DNA of 53,320 nt. It comes from Patescibacteria group bacterium (lineage in GTDB: Bacteria > Patescibacteriota > Minisyncoccia > Phycocordibacterales > JBBUBG01). The stretch covers positions 125,927 to 179,246 of the forward strand of contig JAZKIQ010000005.1 of assembly GCA_040384765.1 (NCBI GenBank), given 5' to 3'. This document shows, piece after piece, positions 38,638-48,821 of this stretch (its first letter is position 1; every line of letters starts with the position of its first letter). The notes below the pieces were generated by a model. The model made no database searches and had not been told where the DNA came from. It worked only from the letters and a program-made list of their open reading frames with translations. The translations under genes and the position numbers were made by a program.

Positions 38638-39398
38638 AACGGCACGTAATAGAGATAGGAAACAAGGGTACCCAACACCAGAAACGGCGCAAACGGGATC
38701 ACTGTCCCAACCCCTGTCTCATGTGTGCCTTTTTTATTCTTCCGTGAAATGCGGCGAACTGCCTGCACGAGAAGCATAAGCACCCCAATAGCTGCGCCGA
38801 ACCAGAAGCCAAAAATCACCGCATTGACATTGCGCGGAAACGGGAGAAAAAGCCCCATCCCGAGAACAAGCTTTGCGTCCCCAAAACCCATCCAACGCCC
38901 TCCCGAGACGGCCCACAATAAAACAAAGAAGAGGGCGAGCCCGAGCGCTGATGCAAGGTCAGGTAAAAATGCTGCGCGCGCCACAAATGAGACAGCACCG
39001 AGAAAAATGAAGGCGTACACGAGACCATCAGGGATGATGAAGTGCCGGTAGTCGTACACAGCGATAACAAGCAGGATTGAAAATACGAGCCAGGAGAACG
39101 CGACCGCATACGGGTCCGCACTCTGGTGCGCGAGCAGTGCAAAGAGCAGACCGCTTGCGAGCTCGACCAAGGGATACTGAGTCGAGATGGAGGAGAGGCA
39201 TCTCCTGCATCGGCCACCCTGAAAGAGAAAAGAGAAGACAGGAATAAGCTCATACCATGCAAGTGTCCGAACACACGAGAAGCACTCGGACCTTCCCCCT
39301 ATCCCCTTTCCGGTGTTGTAGCGAAAGATCACCACATTGAGAAAGCTTCCGACGATTGTGCCAAACAGAAAAAAGACGATATCGAGCACCGAAATCAT
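38631..39398 (-). CDS. pilD: Prepilin peptidase
   Basis: GSFLNVVI.R, two CxxC pairs, YD, MGFGD.K, IPFAPFL. Confidence 0.92.
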   Translation of the reverse strand: MISVLDIVFFLFGTIVGSFLNVVIFRYNTGKGIGGRSECFSCVRTLAWYELIPVFSFLFQGGRCRRCLSSISTQYPLVELASGLLFALLAHQSADPYAVAFSWLVFSILLVIAVYDYRHFIIPDGLVYAFIFLGAVSFVARAAFLPDLASALGLALFFVLLWAVSGGRWMGFGDAKLVLGMGLFLPFPRNVNAVIFGFWFGAAIGVLMLLVQAVRRISRKNKKGTHETGVGTVIPFAPFLVLGTLVSYLYYVPLW

Positions 39399-39454
39399 AC
39401 ATATATTGTAGCACGACCTTTTCAAAGAAAACGCCAAAATCTCCCCGTGTACTT

Positions 39455-39502
39455 AGTCTAAAACAAAAGCCCGCTCTTGGAGCGGGCTTTTGTTTTAGAC
39501 TA
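39455..39502. terminator. Strong terminator after the major pilin
   Basis: tagtctaaaacaaaagcccgctc ttg gagcgggcttttgttttagacta. Confidence 0.85.
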
Positions 39503-39513
39503 TACGAGAGAAC

Positions 39514-40008
39514 CTATCTGCACTTCACCGCTCCACTAGCCGCACTTACGATACCCGTAGTGAGCGTATTGCCTGCAAAGCCGTTGCTATCAACACAGTA
39601 CGTTTCTGTAGCAATGTTGTTCTGGAGCCTAACAAATGTTACGTATGTCGCGCCACTAATACCAACTGAGCAGGTTGCTGGATTTCCTCCCTGAGCTGCA
39701 GCTGCAGTAACAAGCTTCGCTACATCCGCGTCAAGACACGCGCCTGTAAAGGCAGGACTGACCGCACCCGTCGCAGATACTGTTCCCAAGCCTGGGGCAC
39801 CATACGAACCATTACCTGTGCCTCCATAAAACACCTCAGCTGCTGTGCGAACGGAGCTGAGTGAGCCCTGTGCGCTCGTGTCCTTTGCCTTCGATCGCGT
39901 TGTCGAGAGCGATGCGAGCACAATCGAGGAAAGGATTCCGATGATTGCGATCACAACGAGAAGCTCGATGAGCGTAAAACCTTTTGTAAACCGATTTGTT
40001 CGTGACAT
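39514..40008 (-). CDS. Type IV pilin (likely major pilin)
   Basis: KG|FTLIELLVVIAIIGILSS, YCVDS; followed by a terminator. Confidence 0.9.
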   Translation of the reverse strand: MSRTNRFTKGFTLIELLVVIAIIGILSSIVLASLSTTRSKAKDTSAQGSLSSVRTAAEVFYGGTGNGSYGAPGLGTVSATGAVSPAFTGACLDADVAKLVTAAAAQGGNPATCSVGISGATYVTFVRLQNNIATETYCVDSNGFAGNTLTTGIVSAASGAVKCR

Positions 40009-40070
40009 AAATTACCTGCTACTAATAATTTTTAAATCTTACGTACTGATACTCTCTATGCTATCACATC

Positions 40071-40580
40071 CTATGGAATGATGTCATAGCAGTTATCAAC
40101 TGCGCCTGCTGCGCCGACTGCCGGAGCAGTTGCGGAATATGCACATCCGCCTGATGAAGGGTGCCCTTCGAAGTCACCCGACACCGCTGGCACCGCTGTT
40201 CCGCCAGCACGCCATAGTGCGTTTGCACCTTTGGTGGTAGCAAGCTCCATGGTCGCTCCCAGATGATATTTCTGGCACGCCTGTATGCATACATACGAGT
40301 AGGCAGCTCCCTGAGGATTGTTTGGAATTTCGGTAATAATATTTGGAGTTTGACCGAGAAGGTTGCCCAACCCAGCTGGGTAAACACCGTTGCGCAATTG
40401 ATATATCTCAAGAGCTTTCTGAATCTCGGCCATATGGCGAAATCGCTGTGCATCGCGTGTGCGCGGGCGCGTATTGGTAAGAGCGGCAAGGACGATGGCC
40501 CCCAAGATACCGATAAGCCCGATTACTACAAGGAGCTCGATCAAGGTGAACCCTCTATTTTTTTGAAAGATCTGTTTCAT
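40071..40580 (-). CDS. Type IV pilin / GspG-like pseudopilin
   Basis: RG|FTLIELLVVI, RDAQR..ALEIY..NGVYP. Confidence 0.88.
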   Translation of the reverse strand: MKQIFQKNRGFTLIELLVVIGLIGILGAIVLAALTNTRPRTRDAQRFRHMAEIQKALEIYQLRNGVYPAGLGNLLGQTPNIITEIPNNPQGAAYSYVCIQACQKYHLGATMELATTKGANALWRAGGTAVPAVSGDFEGHPSSGGCAYSATAPAVGAAGAVDNCYDIIP

Positions 40581-40583
40581 GAT

Positions 40584-41789
40584 TTAAATTCCTGACGTTA
40601 CGCTATAAATCGGACCGAGCACTGACACAAGGAGGAAACCTACTCCCAAACCGAGCGTTACGATCATCACTGGCTCGATCAAGCTTACGATACCATCGAT
40701 CGCACTATCAACCTCTCGCTTGTAGAAGCGAGCAATCGTTTTAAGCACGTATCCAAGCTTGCCTGTCTCTTCACCGATCCTTGTCATCTGCACGACAATT
40801 GCCGGCATCTGAGAAAACCGGGAGAAAGCATTCGAGAGTGGGTAGCCTGCCTTTACCATCTCCATCGACTGCAGGAGGATATCTTTGTACACCTCGCTAT
40901 CTACCACCGATGCTGATATCTCGAGCGCACGAAGCATCGAGATGCCGGAAGAAAGCATGGTATCCATGTTGTCGGAGATACGCGAAAGGTACAGCTTCCT
41001 GTAGAGCGAACCGACGTATGGCGTCGCGAGCTTTGCCTGAGAAAATGCATAGCGGCCAGCGGGTGTCTTGCCATACTGCCATGCCACGAAGCCCAAGATG
41101 ACCAGAAGAATCAGAATAAATATCCCGTAGTCGAGGAGCGCAGCAGAAAGGCCGAGCACAATCTTGGTATAAAACGGAAGCTCTTGGCCTGTATCAGTGA
41201 GAATGGTCGAGAGCTTCGGAATCACCACGGTGAGCATCACCACCATTACGCCGATGAACGAGAGGATAACGAAAGCCGGATACGCGAGTGCACTGCGTAC
41301 TTTTGTCGTAATTTCGTAGTTGCGCTCAAGGTAATCTGCAAGATACGAAAATGATTCAGACAGCTTTCCTGCTTCTTCACCTGCGCGCACCATGTTTACA
41401 TAAAAAGGACTAAAAGCGTTTGGGTGCTTCGCCATCGAGTTTGAGATCGTCATACCGGTCTGGATATCATCCACCAGCTCGGAGAGGACATCACGCAGGT
41501 TTGCGGACTCACTTTCTGCAGCAAGAAGCTTGAAGATACTGAGCACCGATACCTTTGCCTCAAAAAGGGTAGCGAGCTGGCGCGACACAATAACCATGTC
41601 GCGGTTTGAGACACGCGTCGTAAAACGAATATTAGAAAAGAGGTTCGTGCGATTGATAGCCTCCTCAATGGAAATAATCGTAAATCCCCGACTCTGGAGC
41701 GTGGTGATCGCGGTATCTTGAGAGTTGGTATCGATGCTTCCCTCCTCGATCCGACCCTCTTTGGTTGTGACTTTATACGAGTACAGCAT
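40584..41789 (-). CDS. pilC: Type IV pilus platform protein (GspF family)
   Basis: RQLATL, VRAGEEAGKL, ALAYP, GEETGKL, LIEP. Confidence 0.93.
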   Translation of the reverse strand: MLYSYKVTTKEGRIEEGSIDTNSQDTAITTLQSRGFTIISIEEAINRTNLFSNIRFTTRVSNRDMVIVSRQLATLFEAKVSVLSIFKLLAAESESANLRDVLSELVDDIQTGMTISNSMAKHPNAFSPFYVNMVRAGEEAGKLSESFSYLADYLERNYEITTKVRSALAYPAFVILSFIGVMVVMLTVVIPKLSTILTDTGQELPFYTKIVLGLSAALLDYGIFILILLVILGFVAWQYGKTPAGRYAFSQAKLATPYVGSLYRKLYLSRISDNMDTMLSSGISMLRALEISASVVDSEVYKDILLQSMEMVKAGYPLSNAFSRFSQMPAIVVQMTRIGEETGKLGYVLKTIARFYKREVDSAIDGIVSLIEPVMIVTLGLGVGFLLVSVLGPIYSVTSGI

Positions 41790-41795
41790 TCGAGT

Positions 41796-42863
41796 TTAGA
41801 CCAATCTTTGCAACCCTTTTGGATTAAAGGAGTGGTGATGGGCATTTTCAAGCGTAATCTCTCCTCTCCGCACGAGCTCTGCGAGCGAATGGTTCATGTC
41901 GATCATCCCTTCGTTTGAGCCCGTTTCGATCATCACGTTTATTTCAGTCGTTCGCTTCTCTCGGATAAGGTTTGAAACCGCGGGTGTATTTATCAAAAGC
42001 TCATATGCAGGCACAAGCCCACCCGACACCCGAGGGATGAGGCGCTGCGAGAAGATACCCAGAAGTGAACCCGCGAGTTGAATGCGAATCTGATCTTGCT
42101 GCCCCGCAGGAAACGAGTCGATAATACGGTCGATCGTTTGCGCAGCGTTGTTTGTATGGAGCGTTGAAAAGATAAGGTGGCCCGTTTCCGCAGCAGTAAC
42201 AGCCGTCGCAATGGTTTCCGGGTCGCGCATCTCCCCCACAAGGCCCACGTTTACATCCTGGCGAAACATCGAGCGGAGGGCAGCATGAAAACTTGTCGTA
42301 TCAAAACGCACTTCGCGCTGATCGATAATCGATTTGTCAGGAGTAAAGAGATACTCGATAGGATCTTCGATCGTCACGATATGCTGAGCCCGGTCGCGAT
42401 TGATACATTCGATCATCGCCGCAAGCGTGGTTGATTTTCCTTGCCCGACAGGCCCCACGACCATAAAAAAGCCTTGTGGCTTGAAACAAAAATCTCTGAG
42501 TATGGCGGGGAGATTGAGCTCCTCAATCGTTTTCAGGTGCTTTGGAATCGAGCGCAGAGCGGAGCCCACATACCCTTTCTGGAAAAATGCATTGCCTCGA
42601 AAACGATCTCCGTTCGCTGTCGAATAAGCAAAGTCCATCTCTTTGTTCTCGAGAAACTGCTTCTGGGCATCTGGCGAAAGAAGTGCGAGGGAGATACCCC
42701 GAGCGTCCTCAGGAGAAAGTACCGGCTCTCGCACAAGCGGAATGAGAGTTCCTGAAACTCGAATGGTGGGACTATGCTCTGCTGTGATATGCAGGTCGGA
42801 CGCCCCTTCTTTGAGCGTTATCTCGACAAGCCGCTCTGCTGTTTTTTGATAATCAGTTGCCAT
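41796..42863 (-). CDS. pilT: Type IV pilus retraction ATPase
   Basis: ASDLHI, GPVGQGKSTT, TIEDPIE, GEMRD, AETGHL, NLIRE. Confidence 0.93.
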   Translation of the reverse strand: MATDYQKTAERLVEITLKEGASDLHITAEHSPTIRVSGTLIPLVREPVLSPEDARGISLALLSPDAQKQFLENKEMDFAYSTANGDRFRGNAFFQKGYVGSALRSIPKHLKTIEELNLPAILRDFCFKPQGFFMVVGPVGQGKSTTLAAMIECINRDRAQHIVTIEDPIEYLFTPDKSIIDQREVRFDTTSFHAALRSMFRQDVNVGLVGEMRDPETIATAVTAAETGHLIFSTLHTNNAAQTIDRIIDSFPAGQQDQIRIQLAGSLLGIFSQRLIPRVSGGLVPAYELLINTPAVSNLIREKRTTEINVMIETGSNEGMIDMNHSLAELVRRGEITLENAHHHSFNPKGLQRLV

Positions 42864-42875
42864 GCAAATAAAAAG

Positions 42876-43277
42876 CTATCTCTTCGCGTGCTTCTCAACG
42901 ATCTCCCCTACCTTTTTGGTCACTTCGGTCGGCGTGCAGCTCGCTTTAATAATGTAGCCGTCCACCCCAAGCGCCACCCCCTTGTCGATATCTTCTTTTT
43001 GTCCAAGGTTGGAGAGAACAATGAGCGAGCTATCTTTAGCAAGCTTGCGTTTTTTGATCTCCGTGAGCAGCTCAAAGCCATCCATTCCTGGCATTACGAT
43101 ATCAAGCATTACAATATCTGGAGCAGCCTCATCCTTCGAAAGACGCTCGAGCGCTTCTTGAGCATTAGGGGCAGTCGCAACCGTATATCCCGTCTCGGTA
43201 AACTTCATCGCATACATGTCGAGCAGAAATTTATCGTCGTCAACGATAAGGATGGAATGTTTTTTCGGAGTGTCCAT
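42876..43277 (-). CDS. Single-domain response regulator (receiver only)
   Basis: LIVDDD, LDIVMPGMDG, LSN, YIIK. Confidence 0.9.
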   Translation of the reverse strand: MDTPKKHSILIVDDDKFLLDMYAMKFTETGYTVATAPNAQEALERLSKDEAAPDIVMLDIVMPGMDGFELLTEIKKRKLAKDSSLIVLSNLGQKEDIDKGVALGVDGYIIKASCTPTEVTKKVGEIVEKHAKR

Positions 43278-43320
43278 GGAGCGGATATTATTCTTGTTCT
43301 ATATAGTACACCATTTGACG

Positions 43321-43450
43321 CTCTAGAGTGGATTAGAAATCCCCAGATTCGAGGCGTCGAGGAGAGATAAAGCCAAGCTGTAGAGACCTACAGCTTGGCT
43401 TTTCTTGACGACGACAACGAAGAAGGTGGGGATTTTAAACATCTCTAGAG
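43321..43450. repeat. Stop-codon-anchored palindromic element, copy C
   Basis: Arms ctctagag..aaatcccca / tggggattt..ctctagag; core gattcgaggcgtcgaggagagataaagccaagctgta..tacagcttggcttttcttgacg. Confidence 0.85.
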
Positions 43451-45085
43451 CCTGTTGACTTCCTCAAATGGGACTATCCCCTTAAACGCCTTCAACATCG
43501 CATCCTCCTTCATCGTGAGCATCCCCTTTGCGCGAGCAGTTTTATAAATCTCCTGCTCCGTCGGATTTTTGAGAATGACCGTCTGAAGATCTTTATCGAT
43601 AGGAAGCATCTCAAATACGGCTAGTCGGCCTTTTGTACCAGAAGAGCATGTCGGCGAAGGGATCGCACGATACACCTCCTTTGGATATTCGATCTCCTTC
43701 TGAAACTCAAGCGGCAGATCAGCAAACTCTTTTTCGAGAATAAGCTTTGTTGCCCCCTCCACCGCAAGAGGCGACTTCGAATCTTCGCACAACACGCGCA
43801 CAAGGCGCTGGCCGATCGCGAGAATAAGTGTTGGAGCAATAAGATAGGGATCAACACCCATATCAATAAGTCGGGGGATAACGCCAATAGCGTTGTTGGT
43901 GTGGAGCGTCGAAAACACCAAGTGCCCCGTAAGCGCAGCCTGGATTGCGAGCTGAGCAGTCTCCTTGTCGCGAATCTCACCCACCATGATCACATCGGGG
44001 TCTTGGCGAAGGATAGAGCGAAGTCCGTTGGCAAATGTATATTCGATCTCTGGCCGCACCGAAGACTGGTTTACTCCAGCAATGTTGTACTCCACCGGGT
44101 CTTCAAGCGACACAATGTTCTCGCCCTCTCGGTCGAGCTCGGTAAGCATGGAGTAGAGGGTTGTCGATTTTCCTGATCCAGTCGGACCCGTAATGAGAAT
44201 GAGGCCATAAGGCGCAGCAAGCGCATCGCGAATAGCTTTGAGATTTTTTGCCGTAAGGCCGATCTGGTCGAGCTTTTTCACCCCCTTATCTTGGTCGAGA
44301 ATACGGATCACCACCTTCTCTCCAAAAAAGGTCGGCAAAGTGGAGACGCGAAAATCTACTCGACGACCACCAATAGTGGCAGAGAAGCGTCCGTCTTGCG
44401 GTTTTCGCTTTTCATCAAGCTTCATGTTGGTAAGAATCTTGATGCGCGCCACCACCGCCTCATGCACACTTATCGGAAGCGAAAGGCTTGTATAGAGAAC
44501 CCCATCGACACGAAATCGGACACGAACGCGCTCGCCAATCGGCTCAATGTGCACATCAGAGGCGTTGCCCTCAGTCGCGTGCTGGATGATTACCGCAACA
44601 ATCTTCGTAATAGGCGCCTCCTCTGTAATCGACGCCTTTTCACCGCCTTTAATAGCCCCACCCACCTCCTTTTCAAGCTCAGACGCCGCAGCCTCCTGCT
44701 TTGTTGAACCCGCAGCTTCTGGCACAGCAGCTCCTTGCGTAGAGTTCGGAAGATCTCCTATCGCCGAGCCGAGCTGTCCAAGCGCTTTTCCCACCTGACT
44801 TGAAAGTCCCTTGAACTGCTTTAACACTTCCGTGAAATCTTCTTCTGAAATAAGAAAAAAGGTGTACGGAAGACCAATCTGCGATGCGATAAACGCAACC
44901 GCATCACGGCCTTCAATATTGTCCTGATCTACGATACCTACTTCGAGAACACCGTCTTTGAGCCCAAGCGGAACAAATCGATAATGAACGACCGACTCTT
45001 CGGGAATAAGCTTAAGAACCTCAAAAGGAATTTGATACCCCTTGAGATCTCGTTTTGGGATTCTGGTAGTAGAAGGTTCTGCCAT
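43445..45085 (-). CDS. pilB: Type IV pilus assembly ATPase (GspE/PilB)
   Basis: ASDVHIEP, PQDGR, GPTGSGKSTT, LRQDPD, GEIRD; start taken at MAEPS. Confidence 0.93.
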   Translation of the reverse strand: MAEPSTTRIPKRDLKGYQIPFEVLKLIPEESVVHYRFVPLGLKDGVLEVGIVDQDNIEGRDAVAFIASQIGLPYTFFLISEEDFTEVLKQFKGLSSQVGKALGQLGSAIGDLPNSTQGAAVPEAAGSTKQEAAASELEKEVGGAIKGGEKASITEEAPITKIVAVIIQHATEGNASDVHIEPIGERVRVRFRVDGVLYTSLSLPISVHEAVVARIKILTNMKLDEKRKPQDGRFSATIGGRRVDFRVSTLPTFFGEKVVIRILDQDKGVKKLDQIGLTAKNLKAIRDALAAPYGLILITGPTGSGKSTTLYSMLTELDREGENIVSLEDPVEYNIAGVNQSSVRPEIEYTFANGLRSILRQDPDVIMVGEIRDKETAQLAIQAALTGHLVFSTLHTNNAIGVIPRLIDMGVDPYLIAPTLILAIGQRLVRVLCEDSKSPLAVEGATKLILEKEFADLPLEFQKEIEYPKEVYRAIPSPTCSSGTKGRLAVFEMLPIDKDLQTVILKNPTEQEIYKTARAKGMLTMKEDAMLKAFKGIVPFEEVNRL

Positions 45086-45098
45086 TTGTAAACATAAT

Positions 45099-45440
45099 CT
45101 AGCGGTCGAGAGAGGATTCTGAAGCGGAAGGTGCAACACCAAACGGAAGGAACGGATTGCTATTGCGCACCGGCTGTGGAGTCAGAGGCACCCCAAAGTC
45201 AACAAGCTGAGTAAAGGCAGGGTTGGTAAAAATGCTGGTGTCTATCGAGATAGTACGGAGCCCTGCAACAATCGAAAGAAAGTCGCTCGACTCTTTGGAG
45301 ATAGCTCCTCCTGCGCCAAGCGCCCCCGTTTGGGTAACTGACGATGAAGAGTCGCCCCCTCCAAAGCCAAACAGATATGCCGCTCCTCCGAGAAGAGCGA
45401 GCGCGACGATGGCAATGATGATGATATTTTTCTTCGGCAT
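45099..45440 (-). CDS. Membrane-anchored hypothetical protein in the PilP position
   Basis: N-terminal TM, C-terminal R.NPF.P; located after pilO. Confidence 0.7.
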   Translation of the reverse strand: MPKKNIIIIAIVALALLGGAAYLFGFGGGDSSSSVTQTGALGAGGAISKESSDFLSIVAGLRTISIDTSIFTNPAFTQLVDFGVPLTPQPVRNSNPFLPFGVAPSASESSLDR

Positions 45441-45468
45441 AGGAGTGTGGTCGACTTAAAGAGTATGT

Positions 45469-46014
45469 TTAAGACTTGCGCCAGTAAGTGCGCAACTTAA
45501 TCGCATAGTCATTCTGATCTTTGTCACCCGCCTTAAACTTCAGATCAACGATATCCACAACGCGCAAGCTTCGATCGAGGTCTGCGAGAAAACGTTTGAG
45601 GTTTTGGTACGAACCGCGAACACCGAAAGCAAGGGTGACGCTCGAGTATCGCTTTCCATCAGGGCCGATCGGTGCGTTATCTTTGAGCGCCGACTCATTG
45701 CCCACCTCAGCATCACGCAAGCTCATGCCGTAGCGGCCTGCGATAGTATCCACATCGATAATAAGACGCACGTTGTCCACTTGATCAGGAATCGCTTTGT
45801 CGAGGCGAGCACGATCGTTGGGATCGATGGCGTTGTACTGCTTGAGGAGGCCGTCACGCACCGTTGCAAGCTCGGATGCGCTCGAGAGCACCTGCTCGAA
45901 GCTCGCATTGTCGGTCTTGATAAAAGCGATCTCATCCATGAGCGGCTGAGTAAAACCGAAAAAGAGTCCGGCTGCAATCGCTATTAGCAAAAATGGGATA
46001 AGGAATCGGCTCAT
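45469..46014 (-). CDS. pilO: PilO-like protein
   Basis: TM, coiled coil, GSYQNLKRFLADL..SLRV; synteny. Confidence 0.8.
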   Translation of the reverse strand: MSRFLIPFLLIAIAAGLFFGFTQPLMDEIAFIKTDNASFEQVLSSASELATVRDGLLKQYNAIDPNDRARLDKAIPDQVDNVRLIIDVDTIAGRYGMSLRDAEVGNESALKDNAPIGPDGKRYSSVTLAFGVRGSYQNLKRFLADLDRSLRVVDIVDLKFKAGDKDQNDYAIKLRTYWRKS

Positions 46015-46685
46015 TGTTCTATTGTTTCTTCTGTGGAGCTATTTTCCGCGGACTCAGCTCCCGCCGGCTCTGCTACAGCTGGCACCCCAGCAGAGGCCCC
46101 AGCAAGCACCGGCACCACAAGGAGTGAAGGGTCGACAGTTGCCGACATCAAAAACTGCACCCTACCTTTGTCATCAAGCCGAAGCTCGGAAAATACAATA
46201 TTCTTGAATTTTCCTGTCTTGCTAAAGGAGTCTGACTGGAGAGCGATAGCCGCGTAGCCGTTTGAGTCGCCGGTAAGACGAATCTCCGGAGCTCTTCCGT
46301 CCTGTACTGCGTAGTCGAACGAGCGAAAGCGAACCGCCTGCAAAGTAGACGCTTCGAGAAGAGCGAAGAGCGGTGTAAGGCTCGTATGCTGACCAAGAAG
46401 CTCCTTGAGCGAAACGATCTTTGCATCGATACGGGACAGCTCTTCGAGTGTTCCCGGCTCAAACTTGCTTTTAGCAATCTCGATCGATCCTTTAAGCGAC
46501 TCCGCTTGCCCAAGCAGAGTAAATTTATAGAGATACTGCCCACCGAAAAGGAGCACTGATGCTACGAATACAATTACGGAAAGAATAATAAGCAAGCCAA
46601 ACCGCCGCTTTTTTGTAGGGACAGCAGGAGTAAAACTTTTTCTCGTACCAAACGAATCTGAAGATGAAGGAACAAATGGCTCCAT
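46011..46685 (-). CDS. pilN: PilN-like protein
   Basis: Single TM, coiled coil, ferredoxin-like C-terminus; lies between pilM and pilO. Confidence 0.7.
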   Translation of the reverse strand: MEPFVPSSSDSFGTRKSFTPAVPTKKRRFGLLIILSVIVFVASVLLFGGQYLYKFTLLGQAESLKGSIEIAKSKFEPGTLEELSRIDAKIVSLKELLGQHTSLTPLFALLEASTLQAVRFRSFDYAVQDGRAPEIRLTGDSNGYAAIALQSDSFSKTGKFKNIVFSELRLDDKGRVQFLMSATVDPSLLVVPVLAGASAGVPAVAEPAGAESAENSSTEETIEQ

Positions 46686-46789
46686 TGCTCTTTTAGTGTA
46701 TCACGCAAGGAAAAGAAAGCGTGTCAAAAAGATGTGGATTGAGGACAACCGTGACCCCGGTTCGCTGTTAGGAAGAGATAGGTATATCG

Positions 46790-47006
46790 AGAATCGTCTT
46801 GTAAGGTCCAGATTCGAGGCTTTATTGGGAATACCTGGAGCAATAAAGAGCCGTAAGGAGCGAAGGCGACTGAGGCGGGGCCGAGAGATTTTCTACCAAG
46901 AAAATACTCGTGGCTCGAGGAGAGATAAAGCCAAGCTGTAGCTAACTTACTGCGAGGCTTTTCTCGACGATGGCAACGAAGAAGGTGGACCTTACAAGAC
47001 GATTCT
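46790..47006. repeat. Stop-codon-anchored palindromic element, copy D, with a nested insert
   Basis: 21-bp perfect arms agaatcgtcttgtaaggtcca / tggaccttacaagacgattct; about 95-nt insert at 46821-46914. Confidence 0.85.
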
Positions 47007-48117
47007 ATTTTGAGTCTTGAAGACGGCGAAGAGCAAGGCCCACTGCAACCGCAAATTCAGGACCTGCCCGCGAAAGTACCTGCTCAAGAAATGCTGGAGT
47101 TTCTGTCTTCGTAAAAGGGGTGCCGAGATGCGCATCTACGCCAAAACGCTTCTTGGCCTCTTCTGCAAGACCTGGCAAAAGTGCTCCTCCGCCGACAAGG
47201 TACACCTTTCCAATCGAGCGCTGATATTTTTTCTGATAGCTTGAAATAACCTGACTTGCCTCGTAAAAAAGAAACTCGAGAATCGATCCAATGACATCGC
47301 TTGAGCCGATCACGCCTGGCGTGCGCTTTTTCTCTTCCGCCTCATCAAACGTGATCCCAAGCGATTTCGAGAGTGCAAGCGTGATATCCTGCCCACCTTT
47401 TGATACAACATGCGAAATGCGCACGATTCCATAGTCAACGATAATGATCTTGGTACTCGCCGCACCGATATCAAGAAGGAGCGTAGGAGTAAGCTCATCG
47501 CCCATGACAGAGCGAACAGCACTAAAGCTTTCTATCTCGAACAGCCCGCTTTCAAACGCAGCATCTGCAACAATTGATTTTACGCGATCAAGCATCGCGT
47601 TATGGATCGCCACCAAAAGCACCTCGCTCGTTTTCGCTTTTTTATCTTCTTCGGGAGTTTTTTCAGCTGAAAGAGAATCGTCAAAACCGTTCTGACGCTT
47701 TGGGATTACCCACCAGTCGAGTGTTACCTCAGATACGGGCACGGGGATATATTTACGTGCCTCGAGAGGGATCATCTGAGCAAGATTCGCATCTGGAGGG
47801 AGCGGAATATCCACAAGCGAAACAAGGCTTGCTTGGAGCGGCACAGAGAGGGCCGCTTTGCGCGCTGTCACATTCGCCTCTTTGCACACATCCTTGAGGG
47901 CAGTTGCGACAACATCCGGCGGAAGATTGGTGGCCTGCCCTATCGAAAGCTGTGCATACGGGCCAAGCGCCACCTCTCCATACGTCTCAAGCACGGCTTT
48001 GCCTTTTTTCTTTTTGAGCTGCACCACCTTTATACTCGAGGCGCCAAGGTCAACACCAAGGACGCTTTCACCATCTTTTTGAAAAAAACCAGAGAGAAAA
48101 GAGAGCGGGTTTGCCAT
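47005..48117 (-). CDS. pilM: Type IV pilus assembly protein PilM
   Basis: GVDLGASSIKVV, EARKYIP, LDIGA, LVGGGA, AVAVGLALR. Confidence 0.93.
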   Translation of the reverse strand: MANPLSFLSGFFQKDGESVLGVDLGASSIKVVQLKKKKGKAVLETYGEVALGPYAQLSIGQATNLPPDVVATALKDVCKEANVTARKAALSVPLQASLVSLVDIPLPPDANLAQMIPLEARKYIPVPVSEVTLDWWVIPKRQNGFDDSLSAEKTPEEDKKAKTSEVLLVAIHNAMLDRVKSIVADAAFESGLFEIESFSAVRSVMGDELTPTLLLDIGAASTKIIIVDYGIVRISHVVSKGGQDITLALSKSLGITFDEAEEKKRTPGVIGSSDVIGSILEFLFYEASQVISSYQKKYQRSIGKVYLVGGGALLPGLAEEAKKRFGVDAHLGTPFTKTETPAFLEQVLSRAGPEFAVAVGLALRRLQDSK

Positions 48118-48151
48118 ACAACGAAAGTTTCCCCCAGTATATCATGAGAGC

Positions 48152-48820
48152 ATGGTACGAAATCTACTCAGAAAGAGCCTGGAAACTGTTTTGGAGGTAC
48201 TCTTCCCGCTTTCATGTGCTCTCTGTGGCAAAAAAGAGGGCCTGGCTCTGTGCGTCGAGTGCGGCGTAGCGCTTGTCCGCACGAGGTGGTCAGAGGATCA
48301 GCTGTTCTCTTTTTTCTCGTATCAAAACTCGGACGTGCAAAAGCTTGTCCACGCGCTCAAGTACGAAAAGTATCAAGCAGTCGGAAAGCGTTTGGGTGAG
48401 CTCGTCGAAGAAGAGCTCACGGAAACACTCTTTGAAACAGGCCAGGGCTACTCAGAAGGAGAGCCTATCATTCTGCTCCCGATACCTCTCTCACACTCCC
48501 GCCTCCGAGATCGGGGGTTCAATCAGTCGCTTCGGATAGCAGAAGGAGTTTCAGAGACAAACCCATCGACCTATAGAGTAGAGTCGAAAGTCCTTTATAA
48601 AATAAAGGACACGGAAAGCCAAGTTTCAGTAAAAGACAAGCAAGCGCGTCTTCAAAACCTTAAAGGGACCTTTACTGTCCGCAACAAAGAGAAGCTCGCG
48701 GGAAAGGTTGTCATCATAATCGATGACGTATCCACCACAGGGGCCACAATGCAGGAAGCCTTTCGAGCGGTAAGCGAAGGCGCGCCTGCCAAAATAGTAG
48801 GCGTGACCTTTGCCCACTAA
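48152..48820 (+). CDS. comF: ComF family competence protein (Zn ribbon + PRTase fold)
   Basis: C..C..C..C, RGFNQ, IIDDVSTTGAT. Confidence 0.9.
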   Translation: MVRNLLRKSLETVLEVLFPLSCALCGKKEGLALCVECGVALVRTRWSEDQLFSFFSYQNSDVQKLVHALKYEKYQAVGKRLGELVEEELTETLFETGQGYSEGEPIILLPIPLSHSRLRDRGFNQSLRIAEGVSETNPSTYRVESKVLYKIKDTESQVSVKDKQARLQNLKGTFTVRNKEKLAGKVVIIIDDVSTTGATMQEAFRAVSEGAPAKIVGVTFAH

Positions 48821-48821
48821 G

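Noticed and set aside
46696-46941. 81-aa plus-strand ORF between pilM and pilN
   Set aside because: It is largely a translation of palindromic element D.
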